64,000 bases of DNA from a virus, in the IMG/VR virus record IMGVR_UViG_3300044617_002200, positions 1-64,000 of that record, one strand, 5' to 3'. Numbering within the stretch: the stretch's first letter is position 1; the number at the start of each line of letters is the position of its first letter. Made by a program: the position numbers and the translations under genes. Below the pieces are notes generated by a model. It ran no database searches. It was not told the DNA's origin and saw nothing but the letters and a program-made list of their open reading frames with translations. This document shows, piece by piece, positions 19,201-28,015 of the stretch.

Positions 19201-22200
19201 TGGAGAATATGGTTGTAAATTATTTTCAGATCCTGCTCTTTGAGACATTATTTGAGCTAAAGAAATAATAGATTTATCTATATTTTGAAGAACTCCAAAT
19301 TGCTGAGTCTGTATTTGAGTTTGAAGTGACGCTTGATTTACTAGCGGATCATCAGATATAGATAAACCGGATTTTATTGCTTCTGCAACTTGTAAATTTA
19401 TTTTTTCTATTTGACCGATAGAGTTTTTATAAATTTTACTGAAAATTGAGTTAAAAACAGAGCTATCTATTTGACCAGTAGCTTGTCCCATTTGTAAAGC
19501 GGCGATCTCTTTGGGATTGAATTGTTTTAAAGCATCAACAAAAGATCTATACTCTTGTCTAACATCATCTGGTAAAATAGCTCTTCCAGTATTCTGTCTA
19601 GAAATAGCATCATCCCGCAAGGCTTTTTCAAATTCTTTTATTTTATTTGAAATATCTTGAGTCAATCCCGCCATGGCTTTTTGGTAAGAATCAGATTGTG
19701 GATCTACCTCATATAGGCCTCCCGATAATGTTTGCAATGTCTTTATAAGAGATAAATAATTTCTTCCCAAATCAGGAATATCTGCAACTCTAGCATTTAC
19801 AGATTCTTTATTGTTATATCTAAAAGCACTTTTAGATTCTATGCCTTTGATTTCATTTACAAATGAATCTAAAGATTTTAAAGGGGTTATTTCATTACCA
19901 AATTCGTCTTTTTGAGGAGATAAAAAACTTTCAGCACCTCCAAAAATACCAGTCGCCGATTGAAGTGTTTTTAAAACTAAATTTTGAGTAGCTCTATCAG
20001 CTAAACTTTTGTTAGCAAGTTTTTCTTGTTGGTTAATGCTGATTAATTCATTATTTGTTTTTTCAGCCAATATTTCAATATTTGTTAAAATTGAGTTTAC
20101 ATTTTCTACACCAGCAGAAATCAAATAAGTTTTTAAACCTCTAAGTAAATTTTGAGTATCTATTTGTTCTCCTAAAGCTTTTCCAAGCAAAGTGTTAGAA
20201 TTTTTAAAACTTGATTCTAATTTCAAGTTCTGACTTTCTAACTGAAGACGGTTAGTACTAATTTGTTTGGGAGATAAATTTTCACCCGAAGCCTGGTCTA
20301 TTATTTTTTTTCTAACATCTTCAAAAGCAGACCCTAATAAAGTTGAGACTTGATTTTGAAAATCAAGATTTCTATTTTGAATAGAATTAATTCTATCATT
20401 GCTATTTTTTAATATATCTTCCGCAATCTGGTATTGAGTTGCAATTCTAGAACCCTCGCCAGTTATTTGAGAAGCAGCCTCTCTTTTATTAGAAAAATTC
20501 TGTTCAATTATTCTATTTTGACTAAATTGTTGTAAAGCTAATTTAGATTGTTCTATACTAGAAATATAAGCTTGTGTTATTTCAATATTTTTTCGAATAG
20601 AATCTTTTGTTTTTTCTAATAATTGATTTTCAAAAGCCCTGCTCTTAGATAAATTTCGAATAGAATCATCATAATTTTTTTGAGCTGTAATAGAATCTTC
20701 AAAAGATTTTTTAGAATTATCTAATCCAGCAGCAAAAGTTTTTACGATTACAGATAAAGAGTCGAAAGGTATTGTTGCTAATTCGTTTTTTAAACTTCTA
20801 ACTTCTTCTGTGTCTGGCAATCCAGAAGCAAAAGCTTCCGCGAAATCTTGCGATGAATTAATATTCGAACTAAATCCTTGCCCACCACCAACAGCGTTAA
20901 TCTTACCAAGACCAGACCTCTCATCTAATCCTTGAAAAAATATTGATTGCAATGTTTTATTTAATTTTTCTAATTCTTTAGAATCATTTTCTAATAATCC
21001 TGATCCGAATAAACCGCCACTCACATTTCTAATATTAGCGTTTGATCTCTCCTGCCCAAGTATTTTTCCTACATCCTGTAAATTAGAAGTAAATTCAGTT
21101 ACAACTTGTTTATTTTGAAGTATTTTAGCTATTTTTTCTCTAGCTTCAGATAAACTTTTGGAACTTAGAATTGATTTTTTTTCTTCTTCTGAAACACCAT
21201 TCAAAGATTCATTTAAAGCTTTTCTAGCTTTATTTACAGTATCTAAATCAGCGCCATCTTCAAGAAGTTTTTGGTAATTTTCAGATGCAGTTAAAAATTT
21301 AGAAGAACTGTCGGAAAAATTCTGAAGACTTTCTCTTGATTTTTCTGCTGCTGAAGAGAGTTCTGGAAAATTAGAATTTAATTCATCTAATAATGGGCCT
21401 AGCGATAATAAACCACCAGCCACACCGCCTACAGCGGCTCCGATAGGTCCTCCTACTAAAAATCCCGCTCCTGCAAAAGATGCGGTTTGCCCGAGAGCAC
21501 TTACAGCTGCACCAGTTCTTCTATCTTCTGGATTATTTCTACCTATAGAATTAGCAATTGTTTCAGCTATAATAGGAGCTGAAGTTAAACCTAATGCGCC
21601 ACCAGAAGACAAGCCAGCTTTAATTCCAGCTCCAGAAAAAATTCTTTTAAAAGTCCCTGCCACACCGGAAGACCCGGCTATTTTTTCTAACTTCCCTAAA
21701 GAAGTTTCTGATTTAGATATTTGAGCTTCAAGTTTTCTGAATTGTTTACTATTCTTATCTAGAGAGGATAACTCTTCTTTTCTTATCGAAATAGAAGACC
21801 TTATTTTGTCGATTTCAGAATTAAACTCAGAATTAAAACTTCTAAATCCAATCGAAAGTAAAGCTAACTGAGTTAAAACAGCACCTATAGATCCAAAATC
21901 AGCCTGCTCTGCAAAGTTAGGAATATATCCAGTAGACTTGCTTTTTACAGCTTTATTTTCTTTTGATTTAGTCCCCTCGTCTCTACTATTAAAAACGCCC
22001 AAACCAAAAGGGTTAGATTTTGATACTAAATCTTTATTATTAGCTACATAAATTTTATTATTTGGTAATCCTGACTCATTAGTCTCTCTAATTATAGCAT
22101 CTTTTAAGGCATTTGAAAAATTTGGAATAAAACCTTTAGAGCGCGACTTCATTTTTGGAACTCTAAAAATATTCTCTTTCAATCCTTTGCGTATAACATC

Positions 22201-24681
22201 AGGAGCTAAAGACTCGGAAATTTTTGCTTCATAGTCCCCAGGTGTATTATTAAATAATGACCTTAATTCTTGGTTTGGGTTAATAAAATCTATAACAGCA
22301 CTAGCCCCGCCCTCTCTAGATGATTGAGCCATAACGGAATTAGTTCCTTTTGTGACAGCTGTTTCAAATACAGTTCCAGCTATACTAGGAAGCGAACCAA
22401 GATTTGATAATTCCGAAACATCTTTAATTCTTGCTAGCGAAGATTTATTTCCAAAAAAACTTACATAGCGATTTGTATAATCAACAATATAATCGCCAAT
22501 TCCTCTAGCAAGATCCTGATCTTCTGGCTCGATAGCTTCTTTTGGATTAAATCCACTTGAATTAAAACGCGCTTTATATATTTGCCCTCTTGCCCCAAAT
22601 TGCCCGTCTTTATCTTTCCAAGAAGCCTCTATTTTCTTATAAGAATTCGTTTGTTTACCATAGATTAGACTTAATCTATCTGTAGAGCCCAAGTCGATTG
22701 GAGGCGAGGCAACTTTATTATCCTGAGTTTTACCAATTTGATATTTTAACTGACTTAATCTTTGTTTTTCTTGATCAGTGAGGGTTTTCTTTCTTTCTAA
22801 ATTATAAAGTTCAGTTTTTGGATTTACAGCAAAATTAGGTATATAACCCAAAGCCATTGAGAGTCCCTTTTGCATTTCGCGAGTAAGAATTGCCGTTTCT
22901 TTGCTTCCTCCAAAATTTTCTACAAGCCTCTCTCCTGTATTTATTACAGTTGGTTCTCCATTTATATTGAATGGGCCAATTGGTTTATCACTAGGCTTTG
23001 CGCCCCCAACTCTTTTCTGTATATCTTTTTGTTCTTTTTTAAAAGCAGGTATATAACCATCCGCCCTAGTTTTAGGAGTCGGTGCGTTAGGAATTCCCTC
23101 TGAAACTCTTACGCCTCTATTAAATAATTGAGAAGCAATTTTAGCCGTTAATATATCCTGTTTTTGTAATTCAGTTGTTTGTGCTCTTAAACTAGCCAAT
23201 AGTTGTTCAGTTGCCTTAGCTACACCCTGAGTACCTTGCTGCATTAACTGAAGCAACTGTGGATTTTGACTAAGAATACTCGTTATACTTTTTTGTAAAT
23301 CAGCTTGTTGTTTCGCAGCATTATTTAGACCCAGAAGTTCCTTAGAACTGCCTATTGCAAATTTAGAAAAATCCTTAAATAATTTAGCAAGAACACCTCC
23401 TATTAAAGCAATTCCTGGACCAGCTAATATTTTACCTATACCGTCTAAAATACCAGTACCTAGTTTAGCGCCGAATCCTTCACTATCTACATTGTTTAAA
23501 TTTTCTAATATCAAATTACCCCCGCCTACCACTCTTTCAAACGATGGTCCAATTACTCTTTCCCCTGCTGCAGCAGCTAATTGCACAGCATTCTCTCTTA
23601 AAGCATTCAATTGAGCTGCGTAGGTTTTATTTAATTCTTCATTTCTTCTTATAGCTTGATCAGTTGTCGATTCAGCAACTTTTAAAGCATTATTATATAT
23701 AGAAAATTCTTTACCTAAATCTGCAAGAGCAGACTTCAAAATATTTATTTGGAACACTCCGCCAACTTTTTCAGCAACTTCCGCCTGCTGAAGCGTACCT
23801 AACTTATCATAAACCGACCCTAAGTCTTGGAGTAATGCTATTGTTGATTTCAATTGACCTGTTCCATCTGTAGTCGAAATCCCCAATCCTTCTAAAAGGT
23901 CTACTACTTTTGTTCTTTGTAATCTTGTAAAAATAGTTTTAAAGGAGTTACCAATAACAGCTCCACCTCTAGCCGTAGTTTGTTGAGCGGCTGTAACAAT
24001 TGCGATTAATTCATTTAAACTAACTCCTGATTGAGCAGCGCTGCTACCTACACGGCTAATAGCGTCAGCTAAATCAGCTGAACTCACCGCGAAAGCTGCG
24101 TCAACATTTGCGAATTTATTGACTATTTCAGTTGCAGTTACGGCTTCTGAGGCGAAAGAATTTACTGCTGCTGTTAAAGCCTCGACGCTTTTAGCAGCAT
24201 CTAGACCGCTCAATCTAGACAATATTAAAGCTTCATTTGTTCTTTTTAAAGTTTCTGATATCCCTAAACCCTGTCTTGAAAATTCCGTAGCAGCTTTTGC
24301 TACAGCTTCAAAAGATTGACCCGTATTTTTAGCAATATTAAATAAATCTGCTCCAAATTTATTTAATTCAGTAGATGATGCATTTAAAATTACATTTATA
24401 TCTTGTAAAGATTTTTGAACTTCAATAGTAGATGAGACTAAAGATTGAAAAGCTTTCTCAATACCAAAAATAATACCCGCACTTGCGCCGAAGGCTATAA
24501 CTCTTGCGTTAGAAGCATCTAATGATTTGTTAAATTCATTAATTTTTCCAGTTATACGACCCAAAGGCTGCTCGCCTTTAGTTTTTAAGTCAATTTCAAA
24601 AACCTTATTAACGCTTTTTCGTATATCACGATCTAAGCGTTTTGTATTCCCACCAATATCTAAATCAATTGAAGCTGGCAT
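16294..24681 (-). CDS. Tail tape measure protein (TP901-type core) with internal cassettes
   Basis: 2795 aa; N-terminal core AKAATEFSRQG...AVSSADLADAISRVGS...GAVIGNSFKTIFTRL; follows tail tube and chaperones. Confidence 0.92.
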   Translation of the reverse strand: MPASIDLDIGGNTKRLDRDIRKSVNKVFEIDLKTKGEQPLGRITGKINEFNKSLDASNARVIAFGASAGIIFGIEKAFQSLVSSTIEVQKSLQDINVILNASSTELNKFGADLFNIAKNTGQSFEAVAKAATEFSRQGLGISETLKRTNEALILSRLSGLDAAKSVEALTAAVNSFASEAVTATEIVNKFANVDAAFAVSSADLADAISRVGSSAAQSGVSLNELIAIVTAAQQTTARGGAVIGNSFKTIFTRLQRTKVVDLLEGLGISTTDGTGQLKSTIALLQDLGSVYDKLGTLQQAEVAEKVGGVFQINILKSALADLGKEFSIYNNALKVAESTTDQAIRRNEELNKTYAAQLNALRENAVQLAAAAGERVIGPSFERVVGGGNLILENLNNVDSEGFGAKLGTGILDGIGKILAGPGIALIGGVLAKLFKDFSKFAIGSSKELLGLNNAAKQQADLQKSITSILSQNPQLLQLMQQGTQGVAKATEQLLASLRAQTTELQKQDILTAKIASQLFNRGVRVSEGIPNAPTPKTRADGYIPAFKKEQKDIQKRVGGAKPSDKPIGPFNINGEPTVINTGERLVENFGGSKETAILTREMQKGLSMALGYIPNFAVNPKTELYNLERKKTLTDQEKQRLSQLKYQIGKTQDNKVASPPIDLGSTDRLSLIYGKQTNSYKKIEASWKDKDGQFGARGQIYKARFNSSGFNPKEAIEPEDQDLARGIGDYIVDYTNRYVSFFGNKSSLARIKDVSELSNLGSLPSIAGTVFETAVTKGTNSVMAQSSREGGASAVIDFINPNQELRSLFNNTPGDYEAKISESLAPDVIRKGLKENIFRVPKMKSRSKGFIPNFSNALKDAIIRETNESGLPNNKIYVANNKDLVSKSNPFGLGVFNSRDEGTKSKENKAVKSKSTGYIPNFAEQADFGSIGAVLTQLALLSIGFRSFNSEFNSEIDKIRSSISIRKEELSSLDKNSKQFRKLEAQISKSETSLGKLEKIAGSSGVAGTFKRIFSGAGIKAGLSSGGALGLTSAPIIAETIANSIGRNNPEDRRTGAAVSALGQTASFAGAGFLVGGPIGAAVGGVAGGLLSLGPLLDELNSNFPELSSAAEKSRESLQNFSDSSSKFLTASENYQKLLEDGADLDTVNKARKALNESLNGVSEEEKKSILSSKSLSEAREKIAKILQNKQVVTEFTSNLQDVGKILGQERSNANIRNVSGGLFGSGLLENDSKELEKLNKTLQSIFFQGLDERSGLGKINAVGGGQGFSSNINSSQDFAEAFASGLPDTEEVRSLKNELATIPFDSLSVIVKTFAAGLDNSKKSFEDSITAQKNYDDSIRNLSKSRAFENQLLEKTKDSIRKNIEITQAYISSIEQSKLALQQFSQNRIIEQNFSNKREAASQITGEGSRIATQYQIAEDILKNSNDRINSIQNRNLDFQNQVSTLLGSAFEDVRKKIIDQASGENLSPKQISTNRLQLESQNLKLESSFKNSNTLLGKALGEQIDTQNLLRGLKTYLISAGVENVNSILTNIEILAEKTNNELISINQQEKLANKSLADRATQNLVLKTLQSATGIFGGAESFLSPQKDEFGNEITPLKSLDSFVNEIKGIESKSAFRYNNKESVNARVADIPDLGRNYLSLIKTLQTLSGGLYEVDPQSDSYQKAMAGLTQDISNKIKEFEKALRDDAISRQNTGRAILPDDVRQEYRSFVDALKQFNPKEIAALQMGQATGQIDSSVFNSIFSKIYKNSIGQIEKINLQVAEAIKSGLSISDDPLVNQASLQTQIQTQQFGVLQNIDKSIISLAQIMSQRAGSENNLQPYSPPKGPVKNKASGYIPAFKNETSAINKGIGGALPSDYPVFLNDLNGKPAMINSGEKLIKNFGGTRKTAVLTRDMQKAFNFAKGLIPNFARIPKDPGFEKTIRQLVESGTFNTLEDSAAFLEGIFEMDKQAGTNSTPAEIYKKAIQEAEGVSKVNKNLALEQSMDTKADKLKRMVDFGTPEEQAVARKKLAKINPEKIAPIDKPISQLESDSVKKGIADAEKPKPETKKVPTPKPEDPIKKAEREALEFLDRNKKNTTTPGKVGSRGRTGGISQKSQLYNWLKSKGYSDDLAKKTVEQAFQNKAASKATSKVVEEAAEATTKSAAKTAGKAGGKGLGKAILKKIPIIGIGAGIGFGISRAMEGDFAGAGLEVVSGVAGSFPGIGTGISAAIDTGLTVRDIASSTTENPESVVNNNAAMPAIITANQNQPAPASVIPTPASKPVSSAKNTVSQPSSSSDTKKTKPTIPENIYRIIENANRSEDAGKVGEARKQYELAKKQLEEYSGTQIPKEIADFSSTVLNEIKESQSRMKQKAVGEIDTKTSRPKSVVEGLYPSEQFSEDEMASFIRNIQDSLTEIKKSEFQDKSYSEARNKIKSLKQTLEKYGSEDSSYKLTPAGKRWLTEGLYATQVISDRVRQKSTGILDPDATNPLPKEEESKAPVLERKPSEKVASLLNTKSDTSSNADPVRSVIESTQKENAYSDETAKAEVLELNTAYEDAIKNAKTSEEKMALAKKLMEYKTMYSRQQYSKLRTVYNSHKKTDSYSKGFIPNFFEKNPLNDSIQREVASLVSMGASPSEALNSVRVGSSGLLKSATNPLGLGVFNKLQGQNSLSQAFRDHAGENLKMSGMNFEKRVPNFSNLDSGLNNIVSAFDSLSENNIPNNNISIMLESLNSAIEKLTGAASNFVPNFAAGMTSNVKADINAPVNLNITSAQQDPREVILSMLPEINDQIGNNVKRALGKKVPPSLARI

Positions 24682-24702
24682 ACCTTTTTCCTATATAATT
24701 AT

Positions 24703-24708
24703 TTACAC
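24703..24708 (-). promoter_or_regulatory. GTGTAA putative late promoter
   Basis: 21 nt upstream of tape measure ATG 24681. Confidence 0.65.
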
Positions 24709-24709
24709 T

Positions 24710-25741
24710 TCAATTATTTTCTCGAACATTCAAATAATCAGACTTTTCTATAATCCCGCCGCTTTCCTTAGCCATTTCTAATAAACTTTTACCTTTTATT
24801 TTTTCAACTTTCACACCCATTTCTTTTAAGTCTTGTTGTGAAGCTCCAACGTAACTACCAACAGCATTTTTAGTATTAGTTTTATTAGATTTTTTTATAA
24901 ATTTATTTCCTTTACTAGGGGAGGAATTATAATTATCAAACCATTCTACTAATTTATCAGAATCATTTAAAATATCGTCGCTTATTTGTTTTCCAGTTTC
25001 TGACTGCATTTTGATAAAATTCTTAAACATTTTCCCATACATTAACAAATCTATCTGATATTTTGTACATTTAGAAGCTGCAATACCCCAAAAATTTAAA
25101 GCATCTTCGCTTAAAAACATTAAATTTTGAAAAAACCCACTAGCCCCGACTTTCTTTAAAGATTGGCTATTGAATATATCAGTATAATTAAAATAAGCAT
25201 TACGTATTTCTTCAGCGTCATTATCTGTTAAATCATAATAATCATTTTTATCTTTAAAATATTTATTCGTAAATTTAGAATCTTCAAATGTATATTCTAT
25301 CAATAATTCTTCTGTTAATTTGTTATTTGCATATTCTTCTAAACAAAAACCTATAAGCTCTCTTCTTTGTTTATTATAAGATATTAAAATAGAGTTATTT
25401 TTTTCTATCTGCTCATCTATAGATTTTTTTTGAGAAGGATAAAGAAGTTTATCTTTTGTAATTTTTAAGTTATTAATTGTTTTAATCAATAAATCTATTT
25501 TAGATTCATACTCTAAACTCCACCAGCTATTTGAAATAGCCTCTTCTATTTTTTCTTTTTCAGAAACTAAGCCCTTTTTAGACCCTTCTTTTAAAAAGAA
25601 TTCGTAGTTTGAATAATTCTTAAAATGTTCTGCTACGGTAGGGTGTTTGAAAAAAATTTTATTTTTGTTTTTTAATAAAACACCAGTAAAGCCATCGCAT
25701 ATATTGCTATACAGTATGCCTAATTCATAGCTTTTATCCAC
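24710..25741 (-). CDS. Probable tail assembly chaperone
   Basis: Helical, charged; immediately upstream of the tape measure; GTG start. Confidence 0.5.
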   Translation of the reverse strand: MDKSYELGILYSNICDGFTGVLLKNKNKIFFKHPTVAEHFKNYSNYEFFLKEGSKKGLVSEKEKIEEAISNSWWSLEYESKIDLLIKTINNLKITKDKLLYPSQKKSIDEQIEKNNSILISYNKQRRELIGFCLEEYANNKLTEELLIEYTFEDSKFTNKYFKDKNDYYDLTDNDAEEIRNAYFNYTDIFNSQSLKKVGASGFFQNLMFLSEDALNFWGIAASKCTKYQIDLLMYGKMFKNFIKMQSETGKQISDDILNDSDKLVEWFDNYNSSPSKGNKFIKKSNKTNTKNAVGSYVGASQQDLKEMGVKVEKIKGKSLLEMAKESGGIIEKSDYLNVRENN

Positions 25742-25747
25742 ATTTTA

Positions 25748-26557
25748 TCAACTAACTTGTATTTTTTCTATTACATTATCTGCTTCGTTAGGAGGAGTCG
25801 GTTGACTTGAAGAAGCACTTTCTATGTTTTTATTCTCTTCAGTTTTATCTATGATGTTTTCTTCTTCGTTTTCACTAATATAATTTTTGTCAAATAAAGA
25901 GAAATCCTCTTTAGTCTCGGCCCTACCCAAAAACCACAAAGTTATTAAATAAGTGAGTCTTCTTATTATTCCTAATAAAAACTCGTTTTTTTCAGAGTCA
26001 TCTTCTAACGAATCATATTTTAATAATTTTTCATTAAATTCATTACCTTCGAATAAAGCAACAAAATTTCCGTTTTCATCTTGACGATAAGAAAGGAACA
26101 TAACCCACCATAATATGGTTCTATTCCGAGCTTTTGCTTCAGCAGTATTTTCAAAAATTGCTATTTGAGAAGCCTCAAAAGCCTGTATATCTTTTTTTAC
26201 AGAATCAAGTTCTTCTATTAAAGAATCTACCCTGCTTTTTTCGACATCTGTTCTTTCTGATTCGCCCTTTATAAGAATAGATTGTAAATCAAAAGATTTA
26301 TCTCTAAACTTTATAAGTAAACTTCCATATAACTCCCTGTCTTGCTCGCTAATGCTACCACCGCCATTTGAAAGAATGGTGTTCCATGCGGCTTTAGGCA
26401 AAACTCCGGCTTTTGCGAATCTAGATGTTTCGGTAGCATAAAACAACTCCCCGTCTTCTCTTAATTTACGATTAGGTTTTAATATAGCGAACTTCTTAGC
26501 ACCGCCGCTATTTTTTGTTTCAAACTCATACATCCAAGAATTTTTATGTTTTTCCAT
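25748..26557 (-). CDS. Probable tail assembly chaperone
   Basis: Helical/coiled-coil with acidic tail; between tail tube and tape measure. Confidence 0.5.
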   Translation of the reverse strand: MEKHKNSWMYEFETKNSGGAKKFAILKPNRKLREDGELFYATETSRFAKAGVLPKAAWNTILSNGGGSISEQDRELYGSLLIKFRDKSFDLQSILIKGESERTDVEKSRVDSLIEELDSVKKDIQAFEASQIAIFENTAEAKARNRTILWWVMFLSYRQDENGNFVALFEGNEFNEKLLKYDSLEDDSEKNEFLLGIIRRLTYLITLWFLGRAETKEDFSLFDKNYISENEEENIIDKTEENKNIESASSSQPTPPNEADNVIEKIQVS

Positions 26558-26566
26558 ATAAGAATA

Positions 26567-26791
26567 TTATTTGTCTTTTAATATAAAATCAAAAGAATTT
26601 ACTTGTTCCTCTATATTTCTAGAGCAATCATTACCATAATCTAAGACCCGCTTTCTTAATTTAGAAAACTCTTCTTCAGAAATTTTTTTATCGTTTCTTA
26701 AATCTTCTAAAATATAGAGAAAACCCAAATAAAGTTTTTTTACGTCTCTATATATGAAAGTCCTTATAAGATTATTTAAATCTATGTTCAT
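26567..26791 (-). CDS. Small hypothetical protein
   Basis: 74-aa ORF with its own GTGTAA motif. Confidence 0.75.
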   Translation of the reverse strand: MNIDLNNLIRTFIYRDVKKLYLGFLYILEDLRNDKKISEEEFSKLRKRVLDYGNDCSRNIEEQVNSFDFILKDK

Positions 26792-26822
26792 TTTCCTTTT
26801 AAAAACCTTTACCTTTATTTAT

Positions 26823-26828
26823 TTACAC
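26823..26828 (-). promoter_or_regulatory. GTGTAA putative late promoter
   Basis: Directly after the tail-tube terminator, 31 nt upstream of ATG 26791. Confidence 0.65.
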
Positions 26829-26832
26829 ATCT

Positions 26833-26868
26833 AAAAAAAAACGACCACTTATATTTAAGTGGTCGTTT
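26833..26868 (-). terminator. Rho-independent terminator after tail tube gene
   Basis: AAACGACCACTTA-TATT-TAAGTGGTCGTTT stem with A-run at 26833-26841 (U-tract on minus strand). Confidence 0.85.
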
Positions 26869-26886
26869 ATATAATTTATTATTATT

Positions 26887-27966
26887 TTATAATACGCTTC
26901 CAGAAATAAAGACGCCTCTAGCAGTATCTTGAGGACCACCGATTTGGACTTCGTAAGTTGCACTCATTGTTGCGTTACTTCCGATTGCTGAACTAAAATT
27001 CTGAGAAACAAGTTTTGCTTGTTTGAAAAGATAAGCTAAAGAAGCATCGCCTGTTCCATTACAGTTCGGTTTCTTTAGAATTATGTTAAAATCATAATTT
27101 GGATTCGAGCATAATAAATCGGCCAAATTAGCATTATCTAAATCTCCTACTTCGGCATTAACTTCTAAAGTAGCAGTAACAGGAAAATCTATTTCTCTAG
27201 AGAAAGCGAATCTACTACCTAATTTTTGCAGAGGAGTACGACTTAATTCGAAAGATAAAGTAAAATCTTGAACTTTTAAATTTGTTTCATCATAACCAAA
27301 TGCACTATTATTGGGCAGGCTGAAAACAATATCTCCAGGTTGAAGCGCTGTAGCTTGAGATGCATTGTCATCTTCTTTTGCCGATGGTAAAGAAAAGAAA
27401 ACGTTATTTAATGGTTGTCCAGTAGCAGGATCAACAGCAGGACTTGCGCCACTTTCCCCAATAGAAGAATAAACTCTAATATTTAAGCCTTCTATATCAA
27501 CACTCGCTGTAGGTATATCTCCAACTGCAGCAGTAACGCTATAAGAAGTTAAGAAACCATTTCCAATAGCGATAACACCAGTATTGGGTAAGTTATAACC
27601 ATTCGCATCATTTCCTTCGTCAGCAATTAAAAGATAATAATTTTTTTCATCAGTTGCTTTTTGTAAAAGTTGCGAAATACAAGACTGTACGCCACTTGTA
27701 TTCAAGCCCAAATACTTTTCGTTACTTCCATCTGTAACATAATACGATAAACTAGCATTAACAGTTGGCGCTTCAGTTTCGATACGGTCAATAGCAGCAA
27801 GATTACCGAACTGATTTACGTCTGTAAAATTACGACTAAAGTCTTCATCGAAAGATTGAACTCTAGTCAATTGTTTAATTGATCCGTCAATAGTTTGATC
27901 TATTTCAGGCTTGACTTGACTAGCATAGACAGCCAAAACGTTATATATAACTCTATTTCTGCTCAT
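26887..27966 (-). CDS. Major tail tube protein
   Basis: Two beta-rich tube-like halves (LTRVQSF..., VQDFTLSFELSRTPL...LGS); followed by a strong terminator; no sheath gene nearby. Confidence 0.75.
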   Translation of the reverse strand: MSRNRVIYNVLAVYASQVKPEIDQTIDGSIKQLTRVQSFDEDFSRNFTDVNQFGNLAAIDRIETEAPTVNASLSYYVTDGSNEKYLGLNTSGVQSCISQLLQKATDEKNYYLLIADEGNDANGYNLPNTGVIAIGNGFLTSYSVTAAVGDIPTASVDIEGLNIRVYSSIGESGASPAVDPATGQPLNNVFFSLPSAKEDDNASQATALQPGDIVFSLPNNSAFGYDETNLKVQDFTLSFELSRTPLQKLGSRFAFSREIDFPVTATLEVNAEVGDLDNANLADLLCSNPNYDFNIILKKPNCNGTGDASLAYLFKQAKLVSQNFSSAIGSNATMSATYEVQIGGPQDTARGVFISGSVL

Positions 27967-27974
27967 AACAATAA

Positions 27975-27980
27975 TTACAT
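27975..27980 (-). promoter_or_regulatory. ATGTAA variant of the late promoter motif
   Basis: ATGTAATTATTGTTATG before start 27966. Confidence 0.45.
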
Positions 27981-28015
27981 TATATTTAGATTGCCGACAC
28001 TTAATTTATAAAAAA

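Noticed and set aside
16633-23058. Canonical inteins in the tape measure
   Set aside because: No C/S-start...HN-[CST] splice junctions or LAGLIDADG motifs were seen; the A/cargo/B layout is only architecturally similar.
24710-26557. Programmed frameshift joining the tail chaperones
   Set aside because: The two ORFs are separated by 6 nt with tandem stops, and the second has its own GTG start; no convincing slippery heptamer at the junction.
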